64,000 nucleotides of DNA from Staphylococcus phage Machias. Shown here piece by piece: positions 31,170-42,059 of this stretch; within the stretch, counting starts at the first letter, position 1; the number at the start of each line of letters is the position of its first letter. Below the pieces are notes generated by a model, which searched no databases, had not been told where the DNA came from, and was given only the letters and a program-made list of their open reading frames with translations. The stretch lies in the sequence record MW349128.1. One strand, given 5' to 3'. Both the position numbers and the translations under genes were made by a program.

Positions 31170-31922
31170 TTGTCAAAAATGGTAGAAGAGAATAAATATG
31201 TTGAAGAATTAGAAAAAGATTTACAAAATGCGATGGAAGAATTTGATAAAGAAAATGAAGAATTAGAAAAAGAAATCGAAGAAAAAAAGAAAGATATCAA
31301 TAAAGAATTATCAACTTACTATGGTAAAGATAATATTGATATCAATGACGTACTATCTGTAGATTCTAAAGTTCAAAGATATCAAGAAAAATTAGATTTC
31401 ATTAATGGGGATTTAACTTTTGAAAAAGATGAAGATATTCCTGAAAGATTAAAACCTTTAAAAGATTTAAAGATTAATGATACCAAACAAATTGAAAATA
31501 TCATTGAACAAATTAAAGATAGTAAAGAAGCTAAACATATGTTAGATAATATTACTATTAGTAAATTACCTGTTAAAGAAAATAAACTTAAAAAAGTAAA
31601 TGAAAAATTAAATATGAAAATTTACAATCATAATAAAATTCATGGAAATGAAAATAATGAATACAATTATATTGATCTAGAAGAGATCTATGAAAATCTA
31701 AAAAATGCATTAGACAGTGATAGTTTCAAAGAAACAAATTCATTGTATAAATTTATGTGTTCATTAGGTTCATACATGTTACAAAATTATGAAAAATCTC
31801 CTTATTATATAAAATCTCTTTCTGAAAATGTTGATTATATTGGAAAATTCGGTAATAAATTAGAACAGAACGAAGATTTTATCAAAGTAATTAATAGTAT
31901 CTTAATTAGATACCAAAAATAA
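31170..31922 (+). CDS. Hypothetical coiled-coil protein (250 aa)
   Basis: Complete ORF. Confidence 0.4.
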   Translation: MSKMVEENKYVEELEKDLQNAMEEFDKENEELEKEIEEKKKDINKELSTYYGKDNIDINDVLSVDSKVQRYQEKLDFINGDLTFEKDEDIPERLKPLKDLKINDTKQIENIIEQIKDSKEAKHMLDNITISKLPVKENKLKKVNEKLNMKIYNHNKIHGNENNEYNYIDLEEIYENLKNALDSDSFKETNSLYKFMCSLGSYMLQNYEKSPYYIKSLSENVDYIGKFGNKLEQNEDFIKVINSILIRYQK

Positions 31923-31960
31923 ATTATAAAAATTAGAATAGAAAGAGGTTAGAGTTAGTT

Positions 31961-32194
31961 ATGCCAGAAATTAAATTTTATACAAAGAATAATTGTAGTA
32001 AATGCATGTTTAGTAAAATGGTTCTAGGTAATCAAGGAATTGAATATACAGAAATTAATATTGATGAGGATGAAAAAGCTAAAGAAGATCTTTTATCTAA
32101 AGGCTATCAATCTTTACCAGTAATTGATTTCGGTACTGATGTTGTAGTTGGAAACGATCCAGCTAAATTAAATCAAGTATTATCTACATTATAG
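31961..32194 (+). CDS. nrdH: NrdH-like glutaredoxin-like redoxin
   Basis: CxxC motif (NCSKC), 77 aa, first gene of an nrdHIEF-ordered cluster. Confidence 0.7.
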   Translation: MPEIKFYTKNNCSKCMFSKMVLGNQGIEYTEINIDEDEKAKEDLLSKGYQSLPVIDFGTDVVVGNDPAKLNQVLSTL

Positions 32195-32212
32195 AAAGGA
32201 TGATTTATCATT

Positions 32213-32416
32213 ATGAATACTATCTTTGAAAATAAAGAATCAGTAGATTATAAAAAACTTGCTGAAATGGTTCAAAACGGTCAAGTTGAAGAATTAAATG
32301 ATAAACCTTTATACGAAGGACCTTATAAAGAAAATTTCAGTATTGAAGGTTGGAATTATACCTTTGAATCTGATGGTAGTTTTTGGAAATGGGAATATCG
32401 TCAAGTAGGATATTAA
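32213..32416 (+). CDS. Small hypothetical protein (67 aa)
   Basis: Complete ORF within the RNR cluster. Confidence 0.3.
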   Translation: MNTIFENKESVDYKKLAEMVQNGQVEELNDKPLYEGPYKENFSIEGWNYTFESDGSFWKWEYRQVGY

Positions 32417-32511
32417 ATATATGAATTAAAATGATCTATCATAAGGATAACTTATGATGGATCTATTTTAAACCTCAAATTTAGAAAATATAATTAAATG
32501 GAGAGATTTTC

Positions 32512-32934
32512 ATGAAATTGGTTTATTTTACTTTAACAGGTAATAGTAAAAAATTTGCAGATAAATTAGACAAAACAATAGTTGGAGAACCTATTGAACT
32601 TAATAGAAATAACTGTGAAGAAATAGAAATGGATGAAGATTATATACTTATATGTGGATCTTATAATACTCCTCATGCAATTTATAATCACGTTAAAAAG
32701 TTCTTTAGTAATGGAATGAATTTAAGTAGATGTATTGGTATTGTAGGTTCAGGTAATAGAAATCTTAATTATGAATTCTTAACTACACCTAAGAAATTAT
32801 GTAATGATTTTAATTTAGAATTATTAATGGGTATAGAATTATTCGGAATTAAAAATGAACATATCGAATTAAATAAAAAATTAAAAGAATTAAATAACTC
32901 TAGTATTATAAATAAAGATTTAGAATTAGTATAG
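32512..32934 (+). CDS. nrdI: NrdI flavodoxin-like protein
   Basis: N-terminal YFTLTGNSKKFADKL motif typical of NrdI, positioned before nrdE. Confidence 0.65.
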   Translation: MKLVYFTLTGNSKKFADKLDKTIVGEPIELNRNNCEEIEMDEDYILICGSYNTPHAIYNHVKKFFSNGMNLSRCIGIVGSGNRNLNYEFLTTPKKLCNDFNLELLMGIELFGIKNEHIELNKKLKELNNSSIINKDLELV

Positions 32935-32954
32935 ATATAAGGAGATAGGATAAA

Positions 32955-35900
32955 ATGCCAAAAGAAATAGATTTAACTTCAGAAAAATTTAAAGATTATT
33001 CATATAACGAATTAAACTCAAGAGGTTCACAATTAAAAGATGGTAATTTAGATTTAGAATTTGAATTAGCTTCAGTTAAAAAATACTTTTTAGATAATGT
33101 AAATAAAAATGTAAGATACTTTAAAACTTATAAAGAAAAAATTAACTATTTAGTAGATAATGATTATATTGATGGAGATATGATCAAAAATTATGATTTT
33201 GAATTTATTAAAGGATTAATGAAAGAATTAATGGCTTATAAACATAGATTCACTCGTTTATTAGGAGCTAAAAAATTCTATGAACAGTATGCAATGAAAG
33301 ATGATGCAGGAGAAATCTTATTAGAACTATATGAAGATAGAATTTTATTTGTAGCTTTATATTTAGCTGACGGTGATGAAGAATTAGCTAGAAATATTGC
33401 TAATGAAATTATTACAGGAACTTTCCAACCTGCCACACCAACATTCCTTAATGCAGGTAGAGTACGTTCTGGAGAATTAGTAAGTTGTTTCTTATTAACT
33501 ATGGAAGACTCTTTATCATCTATTTATAGAAATATCTCTAATGTAGCTCAATTAAGTAAACGTGGTGGAGGCGTAGGTAAACTATATACGTTTCATTAAG
33601 ATTTTTGAAAATTATAAATCTTAAATGATACTAATGCCTACGAAAAATCGTGTGAACTCATACTAAAGGGGTGTCTAATTATAATAATTAGGCTAACGGT
33701 CATAGCAGTTAATTATGCTGGTAAGAGAGACTAAGTCCTATTAAATTGATAGGATAGAGTTAATACCGTGCCAAGCTTTATACTATTCATAGCTTCTAGA
33801 TGGGAGCTTGATAAAATGAAAGAAAATGAAATATTTAAACAATTAGAAGAATTTCCAGACTATGATTTTGGTAGTCATGGAACTATAATATCTTATAAGA
33901 CTAAAAATCCTAGAAAAATTATACCCAAGATTGATAAGAATGGTTATCATGAAGTAGGATTGAGAGATTATACAAATAAAAGAAAATACAGAAAAGCACA
34001 TAGACTTATTCTATTAGCACATAATTATATAGAAAATTCAGAAGATATGCAAGTAAATCATATAAATGGTAAACCAGATGACAATCGTTTATCTAATTTA
34101 GAATGGTGTACATCTAAAGAAAATATGAAACATGCATATAATATTCTTAGTAAAAATAAAGATAATAATAAATTTAAAATAGAAGTTTTGATTAAAGATA
34201 AAAATGATAATATTTTTAATTTTGAATCTATGAGTAAAGCTTCAGTATTTATCAAAAGTTCTGTTGGTGGTCTAAGATCTTTCTGGGTTAGAAGAAAAAG
34301 ACCTACAAATGAATTTATTAAATATAAAGATTATGATATAATGTTTAAGCCTAGTGAAAACTGGATTAAAGAATATGGAAAAGAAATTGTTTAAAGTTAT
34401 GAATAGTAAATTGAAGGTGTAGAGACTATCGAAAAGAAAGTTTAATTACTTTACTTAGTAGAGTAGGTCAGAGATTAGTACTGATCGAAGTGCATGGCAT
34501 ATTATTTTAAATAATATGAAGATATAGTCCACTCATTATAGAAATATAGTGGTTAAAGTGATTAGTTTAAGTAATTTACGTGCTGACAATGATCCAATTA
34601 AAGGTGTTGAAGGTGCAGCTTCAGGTGTAGTTCCAGTTATGAAAGTATTTGAAGATACTTTATCATATGTAAATCAACTGGGTTAATTTTAATGGCTCAG
34701 TATAAATATTGTTAATTGCTGGAAAAGTTTACAAGCTTAATCAGCATCAATCAAGATGATTGTTCAACGACTAAATATAATAATACTTATTAATAGTATA
34801 AGATATAGTCTAATCTATATGAATTTCATATAGTTAATATAAATGCAACGTAATGGAGCTGGAGCTCTTTATTTAAATATTTTCCATAAAGATGTAGTAA
34901 AATTCTTAGATACTAAGAAAGAAAATGCTGATGAAAAAGTAAGATTAAAAACTATTTCATTAGGTTTAACAGTTCCAGATAAATATTATCAATTAGTTAA
35001 AGAAAATAAATCATTATATACATTTAGTCCATATGACATTAAAAAATATTACGATTTAGATTTCGATAGTATTGACTTTAATACTTATTATGATATCTTT
35101 GTAGATGATAAACGTATTAGTAAAGAGAAAATGTATGCTCGTGATTTAGAAACTACTATTAGTAAATTACAACAAGAATCTGGTTATCCTTATATCATTA
35201 ATATTGATACAGCTAATAGAGCTAATCCAATTAGTCATGGTACAATTAAAATGAGTAACTTGTGTAGCGAAATTCTACAAGTACAATACCCTTCATTAGT
35301 TGACGATAATCAACAATATGTTAAAACAGGAACAGACGTTTCATGTAATTTAGCTTCAACTATTGTACCTGGTTTAATGAAATCAAAAGACTTTGGTAAA
35401 TCAGTTGGAACTATGTTAAGAAGTTTAAATTCAGTAGCAGAAAAATCTAATATTGAAGCTGTACCTACAGTTAAGAAAGCTAATGATCTATTCCATACAG
35501 TTGGTTTAGGTGCAATGGGATTACACACTTATTTAGCTGAAAACCATATTCAATATGGATCAGAAGAATCTAAAGACTTTACTAATATTTATTTCATGTT
35601 ATTAAACTATTGGACATTAGTTGAATCAAATAAAATTGCTAAAGAAAAAGATGAGTCATTCTATTTATTTGAAAAAACTGAATATGCTGATGGCTCTTAC
35701 TTTGATAAACGTTATATTGGTAAAAATATTCAACCACGTACTGAAAAAGTTAAAGAATTATTTGAAGATATCTTTATTCCATCTGATAGTGATTGGGAAC
35801 AATTAAGAAATAATATTGTTATGGACGGTCTATACAATCAAAATAGATTAGCTGTAGCACCTAATGGTTCTATTGGTTATGTTAGAGAAGTATCACCTTC

Positions 35901-36300
35901 AATTCACCCTATTGTTGAATTAATTGAAGAGCGTGTAGAAGGTAAAACAGGTACTACTTTCTATCCAGCACCAGGTATTACACCAGACAACTTTGAATAC
36001 TTTAAGAAAAATGCATATCAACTGGATATGAGAGATATGATTGATTTATATTCAGAAGCTCAATATCATGTAGACCAAGGTATTTCAATGAATATTTACT
36101 TAATGAATGAACTTGATCCAGATATATATGAATGGAAAAAAGATTCTTTAGATAAAGAAACTACTACTCGTGATATTAGTAGATTACGTAACTATGCTTA
36201 TAGTAAAGGTATTAAATCTATGTATTATACTCGTATTTATTCACCAGACCATGATTCTCAATCTCAAGGAATAGTTGAATGTGAATCTTGTTCTATCTAA
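32955..36300 (+). CDS. nrdE: Ribonucleotide reductase class Ib alpha subunit NrdE, split into 3 exons. Approximate exons: 32955-33578, 34561-34683, 34846-36300.
   Basis: Exon 1 contains VSCFLL and KRGGGVG. Exon 2 ISLSNLRADNDPIKGVEGAASGVVPVMKVFEDTLSYVNQLG joins in frame to exon 3 QRNGAGALYLNIF ... NLCSEILQ ... C-terminal CESCS. The conserved RNR alpha order is restored. Confidence 0.85.
33579..34560 (+). mobile_element. Group I intron N1 in nrdE (about 980 nt) carrying an HNH homing endonuclease
   Basis: P-like AATTATGCTGGTAAG before the ORF; R-like GAGACTATCGAAAAG and S GAAGATATAGTCC after the ORF; terminal G at 34560. Confidence 0.55.
33768..34394 (+). CDS. Intron-encoded HNH homing endonuclease (probable true start at the internal ATG near 33816)
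   Basis: HNH motif VNHINGKPDDNRLSNLEWCTSKENMKHA. Confidence 0.65.
   Translation: MPSFILFIASRWELDKMKENEIFKQLEEFPDYDFGSHGTIISYKTKNPRKIIPKIDKNGYHEVGLRDYTNKRKYRKAHRLILLAHNYIENSEDMQVNHINGKPDDNRLSNLEWCTSKENMKHAYNILSKNKDNNKFKIEVLIKDKNDNIFNFESMSKASVFIKSSVGGLRSFWVRRKRPTNEFIKYKDYDIMFKPSENWIKEYGKEIV
34684..34845 (+). ncRNA. Group I intron N2 (about 160 nt, no ORF) in nrdE
   Basis: P TTAATTGCTGGAAAAG, Q AATCAGCATC, R GTTCAACGACTAAATAT, S AAGATATAGTC, P9 CTATATGAATTTCATATAG, terminal G at 34845. Confidence 0.6.
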
Positions 36301-36533
36301 TTGGAGGAAATTATATGACATTAAAAGAAAAATTTGAAAGTAAATATAGAAATTTAAATAAAGAACCAGAAATTTTAATTGTAGTAATTAAACTACCAAG
36401 TGGAGCTAAGGAAGTAATTTCCAATAGCTCTGACTTGGATAATAAAGTTCATTATTACTTAGAAAATTATGATGATCAATTTAGACATGTTAGAGATAAA
36501 AAAGTAAAGATAATTGATTTTATATTAGTATAA
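36288..36533 (+). CDS. Small hypothetical protein (81 aa) between nrdE and nrdF
   Basis: Complete ORF overlapping the nrdE stop. Confidence 0.3.
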   Translation: MFYLIGGNYMTLKEKFESKYRNLNKEPEILIVVIKLPSGAKEVISNSSDLDNKVHYYLENYDDQFRHVRDKKVKIIDFILV

Positions 36534-36554
36534 AGAATAAGGAGAGTTACTTAG

Positions 36555-37628
36555 ATGACAACAAAAGGAAATTTCTTAACAAGTAGTAATGATAATAAAA
36601 GTTATTATAGTCCTATGAATTGGAATAAAGTAGACGATTATGTAGATTTAATGACATTTGATACTTTAGTATCACAATTTTGGACTTCAACACGTATTCC
36701 AGTTTCAAATGATATTAAAGCTTGGAATGGATTAGATGATAATACAAAAGATGTAGTTAATAAAGTATTTGCCGAATTAACTACTCTTGATACACTTCAA
36801 TCACGTGAAGGAGGAGATGCTTTACTTCATCATGCTCTTACACCTATGGAAGAAGATGTATTAAACAACATCAGATTTATGGAAAGTATTCACAATCGCT
36901 CGTATAGTACTATTTTTACTACTTTGTTAAATTCAAAACAAGTAGATGAAAACTTCAAATGGGTAGAAGAAAATGAACATGTTCAAAAGAAAATTAAATT
37001 GATTAATGAAGCTTATCAATCAGGTGATATCCTTAAAGTGCAAGCCGCTTCAGTATTCTTAGAGTCATTCTTATTTTATTCAGGTTTTTATACTCCATTA
37101 AGATTAAAAGATAGTCTTAAAAGTGTATTAGAAATCATTAAATTAATCTTAAGAGATGAGTCACTTCATGGTTCTTATATTGGATATAAATTTGGTAAAC
37201 GTTATGAAAAATTAGAAGAAAATGAACAAAACGAAATTAAAATGTGGGTAACTAATTTACTATTTGAACTTTATCAAGTTGAATGTGAATTCATTGAAGA
37301 AGTTTATACTGAAATTGGTTGGGCTGAAGATGTTAAAATATTCGCTCAATATAATGCCAATAAAGCTTTATTAAATCTTAAATTAGATCCTATTTTCGAA
37401 ACTACTGAAGAAGATGTAAATCCAATTGTAATGGCTGGATTAAAAACTTCTACTGGTAATCATGATTTCTTCTCTCAAGAAGGTAACGGATATCTTATTG
37501 GTAAAGCTGAAAATACTAAAGAAGAAGATTATGATTCAATTGATGTTAATGAACTTAATAAGAATATCATTGATTCATATAAAGATAAAGCAGATGATAG
37601 ATTTAGTCATAGTTACTATATAGATTAA
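36555..37628 (+). CDS. nrdF: Ribonucleotide reductase class Ib beta subunit NrdF
   Basis: 357 aa; diiron-carboxylate ferritin-like fold motifs (E...H, EGxxxxH-like) and conserved position after nrdE. Confidence 0.75.
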   Translation: MTTKGNFLTSSNDNKSYYSPMNWNKVDDYVDLMTFDTLVSQFWTSTRIPVSNDIKAWNGLDDNTKDVVNKVFAELTTLDTLQSREGGDALLHHALTPMEEDVLNNIRFMESIHNRSYSTIFTTLLNSKQVDENFKWVEENEHVQKKIKLINEAYQSGDILKVQAASVFLESFLFYSGFYTPLRLKDSLKSVLEIIKLILRDESLHGSYIGYKFGKRYEKLEENEQNEIKMWVTNLLFELYQVECEFIEEVYTEIGWAEDVKIFAQYNANKALLNLKLDPIFETTEEDVNPIVMAGLKTSTGNHDFFSQEGNGYLIGKAENTKEEDYDSIDVNELNKNIIDSYKDKADDRFSHSYYID

Positions 37629-37655
37629 TAAACAAATGTATATGATTAATTTGCA

Positions 37656-37693
37656 GCCCTAACATTTCTAACTGAGATGTTAGGGCATTTTTT
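37656..37693 (+). terminator. Rho-independent terminator after nrdF (GCCCTAACAT ... ATGTTAGGGC followed by ATTTTTT)
   Basis: Stem-loop plus T-run. Confidence 0.6.
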
Positions 37694-37736
37694 ACGCACG
37701 AAAATTGAGCTTTAACATTCTTATATTTATGAAATA

Positions 37737-38510
37737 TTGAAGAGAAGGGAGATATATTTAAAATTGAATATTAAAGAATTTAGAAGAGAAGGAAATTCAA
37801 TAATTTTTACTGGTGAAGTATTAGATATTTATATACCAAGAGAACAATTTAAAAACGGTTTAGCTGAACATCGTGGAGAATATATTAATGCTTATGGTAT
37901 GTTCCAATTTGAAATTAAAACTGAAAAACAAGCTGAAGAAGGTAAATCTGGTGAAATTAGAAAGATTAAATATCCTAATAGAATGGATTTCAACTATACA
38001 GAACAGTTTAAATTTGATGGGAAATTATCAGAAGATTTAGATCCAATTCAGTATGACGTATTTAGATTGACTAATGGATGTCAGTTTATGGCTAATGTAC
38101 ATATTGAACAATCAGCTGAAACTGTTAAGAATTTTTTATTTCTATTTCATGCAGGTAAATTACCTTCATTTGTAGATTATAATGATATTATTAAACTTCA
38201 TTATGATGTATTAAATAGTAATAAAGTAAATCTTAAATCAAATTCATTAACTTATGAATTAATTATCGCTGAAATATGTAGATATAAAGGTAATGTAGAA
38301 ATGCCTTATAGAATAGCTTTGAATAAAAAAGATAATGTAGGATCATTAGACTATATTAATTATAATCTTAAGAAATTACCTAATCTTAATTCAACATTTG
38401 CTTCATTTACATTTGAAGGAATGGATGATACAATTGTAAGTTCTATAGGTAGAACTGCTAAGGGTGGAGAAGAAAAACGTACACCTTTAGAAGATGTTAT
38501 GAAATATTAA
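37737..38510 (+). CDS. Hypothetical protein (257 aa)
   Basis: Complete ORF. Confidence 0.4.
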   Translation: MKRREIYLKLNIKEFRREGNSIIFTGEVLDIYIPREQFKNGLAEHRGEYINAYGMFQFEIKTEKQAEEGKSGEIRKIKYPNRMDFNYTEQFKFDGKLSEDLDPIQYDVFRLTNGCQFMANVHIEQSAETVKNFLFLFHAGKLPSFVDYNDIIKLHYDVLNSNKVNLKSNSLTYELIIAEICRYKGNVEMPYRIALNKKDNVGSLDYINYNLKKLPNLNSTFASFTFEGMDDTIVSSIGRTAKGGEEKRTPLEDVMKY

Positions 38511-38530
38511 TAGAAAGAAGTGTTAATAAT

Positions 38531-38725
38531 ATGATATGGAAAATATCAAAGAATTTATTACCTTTGGTAAAATCTTTACTGTTATTTGCTAAATTTAATT
38601 CTAATAAAAAATATTTTAAACCTTATTTAGCATTTTTAGTTTTTCAAAATGAAATAAGTATAGATCAAATACCTGAAGAATATAAAGCTGATGTAGAAAA
38701 ATTAGTTAAAAGTTCTATGGAATAG
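38531..38725 (+). CDS. Small hypothetical protein (64 aa)
   Basis: Complete ORF. Confidence 0.25.
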   Translation: MIWKISKNLLPLVKSLLLFAKFNSNKKYFKPYLAFLVFQNEISIDQIPEEYKADVEKLVKSSME

Positions 38726-38852
38726 TTGCATTGTGTTTCATATATACTTCTGTACTTTAAACATACTATTATAAAATTTATTATATTAAAAATGTCTATT
38801 GAAAAAATAAAATCACATAGATGTAAATATCGAAAGGAAGGTTACAAAAAAT

Positions 38853-41800
38853 ATGGCAGACTTTATGTATCTCCATCCTTCTGTACAAACTCAAGTTAAC
38901 TCTTATCAAAATAACTTCCAAACAGCTGAAGGTCCAGTGACTTTATTTGCAGCTGACACATTTGAAAAAGGTAAAGATGGAGTTATTGACTTTGTTGGTA
39001 CTGAAGAAGAATTTATCTTTAAATATGGTGAACCAAATTACGCAAAATACGGACAAACTGCTTACAACATGGTAAACTGGTTACGTTCTGGTGGTCAAGC
39101 TTACGTATTACGTGTACTACCTCAAAACGCAACTTACTCTCATGCCATTTTAAATGTTCAAAGTAGAGTTCAACGTAAAGGCAAAAAAGTTTTAACAGAA
39201 GCAAATGAATTAGTAGAAATTGATGACGTTAAAATTCGTCCAACTATTGCATTTGTTAAGAAAAATAATAGAAATATTGAAGAATTAGTAAATGAAATTT
39301 CATTAGACCGTACTGCAGAACAAACTGTAGATGGATATAATAATAATTTCTTATTATTAGCTTATCCAAATGGTCGTGGTGAATCTTATAACGATCTAGG
39401 AATTCGTTTAACATTAAATACTTCTTATGACACTAGTGGTCGTACTGAACGTGTTTATAATTTAGAAGTATTAGATTTCGATGAATTTGGTAACGTTAAT
39501 GTAATAGATGGACCTTTCTTAGTAACATTTGATACAGATTCAATTTCTGATACTGGTGAATCAATGTTTATCGAAGAAGTAGTTAATCGTTATTCTAAAT
39601 ATATCAATATTAAATTTAATCTTGAAAATTTCCAAAGATTAGCTGAGCAAATTAATCCATATGTTCATCCAGCTAGTATTGATGTTATTTCTGGACGTTC
39701 TAAAGTAGGTTTAGACGGAAATCCTGAAACATTCTACTCTGAAATTACTAAAGATTCAGAAGATGTTCATGTTTCTTTACAACGCTACAACAATAAAGGT
39801 ATTCCAGTAACTATTAATGGACAACCAGTATTAAATAAACCTGATTTTAACGATCCAGTTGAAAATGCTTTAATTTCATTAGATAATGGTATTCGTGAAA
39901 AATCATTTGTAACAGATTCTGACCGTTTATCTTACATGAGAGATCAATATAAGACTCTACGTTCTGATAAATTCTCTGAATTCAAGTCAATCTTAAATAA
40001 AATTATCGTACCTAATGGTGGACTATTTGTTGATGATGCAGGAGATCTTCCTAAGACAATTAAAGAGAATTTAGTTTCTGATAAATTAACTCAAGAAGAT
40101 GTTACAGCTAATATTGAAGATGAAGAAGCAGTAGAAAAAGAATTAGCTGAAAAATTCAAACCTTCTGAAATTAACTTTGGTGGTAAACCTTCAGGTGTTG
40201 TATCTGAATTGGTTGAAAACTATAAAACTTATTTCGAAGATTCTAATGAAGAAAACTTATCAGCTGTATTAGCTTCTTCTGAAGAAATTGGTTCTTTACT
40301 ATTAAATGAATTCTTAGATAATGGTAATAAACTTAATGCAGCTTATGAATTAGTTTATAAATCTAATTCAGGTATTTCTTCAAATCCTAAATATCAAGCA
40401 GATGTTAAAGAATTACGTGATGTTCTTTCTCAAAAAGACCAAATCCGTATCTTTGGTATTCAACATAAATCTAATATCTTAGATATTACAAATGATATTG
40501 CTGAATTACGTATTGGAATGAAATCTGTAACTAATATTGAAGGTATGAGTAAAGTATTAAACGATACTGAAACTGAACTTAAATATGTTACTGATAATTT
40601 AATTCCTGCTGTTAAAGAAGGATTACCAGAAGATGCTATTAAATTCATTAACACTGTTCCTGATGAAGATGGAGACGGTGAACGTGAAATAGTTTCTCCT
40701 GAATCTATGTTAAACCGTATTGCAGATTGTCAATTATTGATTGATGATGTTCGTGTAGGTTTAATGGAAGATAACGCAACTAATCGTGAAGAAGTTTATA
40801 CTGCATGTAATGAAATTGCTAATCAATTAGTTGACTTAATTAATAGAGCTGTTTCAGTATCTTCAACTTATAAAGTTGCTCGTGCTGTACGTATTGCAGC
40901 TAACACTATCTATTATGATATTGCTATTTTCCGTAAGAACATTGATGAAATGATCCAAACTCGTTCTAACTATACTGAACGTGATATCACTTCAAATGCT
41001 CATCAAAATATTGAATTGGCTGTTGCTAACTTGAATAAAGCTAACTCTAAATACTTCAATACTAACCTTATTGATGTAGCTAGTCCGGTTAAATTCTTAT
41101 TCGGTTCAGATGGTGATTTCTCTTATGAAAATGATTTATCATATAGTGAACGTAAGAATGCAGTTAATCGTGAATTAATTAAAGCTTATAAAGGTTTAAT
41201 TGATGAAGATTTAACAAATACAAAAGCTGTTCCGTTTGATGTTGTTCTTGATGCTCGTTATTCTAACGAAGTTAAGTTCGCTATTTCTGAATTAGCTAAA
41301 AACAACCGTAAGGACTTTGTATTCTTAGCTGATACTGTTACTGATCGTTACCCAGTTAGTCCTGAAGATGCAATTAAATGGAGAAAAGAAGAATTTGCAG
41401 TATCTTCTGAGTACACAGCTATTTACTCTCAAGACTTAACTTACTATGATGAGTATACTGGTAGAGACATTCGTTTCACACCAACTTATCGTTTAGCTTC
41501 AATGATTCCTTATCAAGCAGTTAATTCTGGTTTACACTTCCCTATTGCAGGACCTAGACGTGGACTAGTAGAAGGACATAAAGCTTTATCATGGGCTCCT
41601 AATGAACCTTATAAAGAAAAACTTTATACTTCTAAGATTAACTACATTGAAAAAGATATTGATAGAACTAAATTTGGTTCTCAAATGACATCTATTAAAT
41701 CAGATGGTCCATTATCTAACCTTAATAATATCTTCACATTAAATCAAATTAAACGTGATGCTGAAACATTAGTTTCTGATTACCAATTTGAATTAAATGA

Positions 41801-42002
41801 TGATGAAACTCGTTCTATCATGAATACAGAATTGAATTCTTATTTAACTCGTTATGTATCTAACCGTAGTTGTGAAACTATTCAAGCTGAAGTTAGTGCT
41901 GATGAATATGATAAAGCTCAACGTATCGTACGTGTACGTATTTCTGTTAAATTCAACAATGTTATTGAACGTATCTTCATTGATATCAATGTTGAAAAAT
42001 AA
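38853..42002 (+). CDS. Tail sheath protein (unusually long, 1049 aa)
   Basis: Higher GC and codon bias; strong SD; N-terminal sheath-like blocks (GQAYVLRV, PNYAKYGQTAYNMVNWLRSGG); followed by a terminator and then the tail tube gene. Confidence 0.6.
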   Translation: MADFMYLHPSVQTQVNSYQNNFQTAEGPVTLFAADTFEKGKDGVIDFVGTEEEFIFKYGEPNYAKYGQTAYNMVNWLRSGGQAYVLRVLPQNATYSHAILNVQSRVQRKGKKVLTEANELVEIDDVKIRPTIAFVKKNNRNIEELVNEISLDRTAEQTVDGYNNNFLLLAYPNGRGESYNDLGIRLTLNTSYDTSGRTERVYNLEVLDFDEFGNVNVIDGPFLVTFDTDSISDTGESMFIEEVVNRYSKYINIKFNLENFQRLAEQINPYVHPASIDVISGRSKVGLDGNPETFYSEITKDSEDVHVSLQRYNNKGIPVTINGQPVLNKPDFNDPVENALISLDNGIREKSFVTDSDRLSYMRDQYKTLRSDKFSEFKSILNKIIVPNGGLFVDDAGDLPKTIKENLVSDKLTQEDVTANIEDEEAVEKELAEKFKPSEINFGGKPSGVVSELVENYKTYFEDSNEENLSAVLASSEEIGSLLLNEFLDNGNKLNAAYELVYKSNSGISSNPKYQADVKELRDVLSQKDQIRIFGIQHKSNILDITNDIAELRIGMKSVTNIEGMSKVLNDTETELKYVTDNLIPAVKEGLPEDAIKFINTVPDEDGDGEREIVSPESMLNRIADCQLLIDDVRVGLMEDNATNREEVYTACNEIANQLVDLINRAVSVSSTYKVARAVRIAANTIYYDIAIFRKNIDEMIQTRSNYTERDITSNAHQNIELAVANLNKANSKYFNTNLIDVASPVKFLFGSDGDFSYENDLSYSERKNAVNRELIKAYKGLIDEDLTNTKAVPFDVVLDARYSNEVKFAISELAKNNRKDFVFLADTVTDRYPVSPEDAIKWRKEEFAVSSEYTAIYSQDLTYYDEYTGRDIRFTPTYRLASMIPYQAVNSGLHFPIAGPRRGLVEGHKALSWAPNEPYKEKLYTSKINYIEKDIDRTKFGSQMTSIKSDGPLSNLNNIFTLNQIKRDAETLVSDYQFELNDDETRSIMNTELNSYLTRYVSNRSCETIQAEVSADEYDKAQRIVRVRISVKFNNVIERIFIDINVEK

Positions 42003-42025
42003 TAGTTTAATATAAACCCATTATA

Positions 42026-42059
42026 GGATACGACAATGTAAGTCGTATCCTATTTTTTA
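42026..42059 (+). terminator. Rho-independent terminator after the sheath gene (AGGATACGAC ... GTCGTATCCT followed by ATTTTTTATTT)
   Basis: 10-bp stem plus T-run. Confidence 0.6.
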
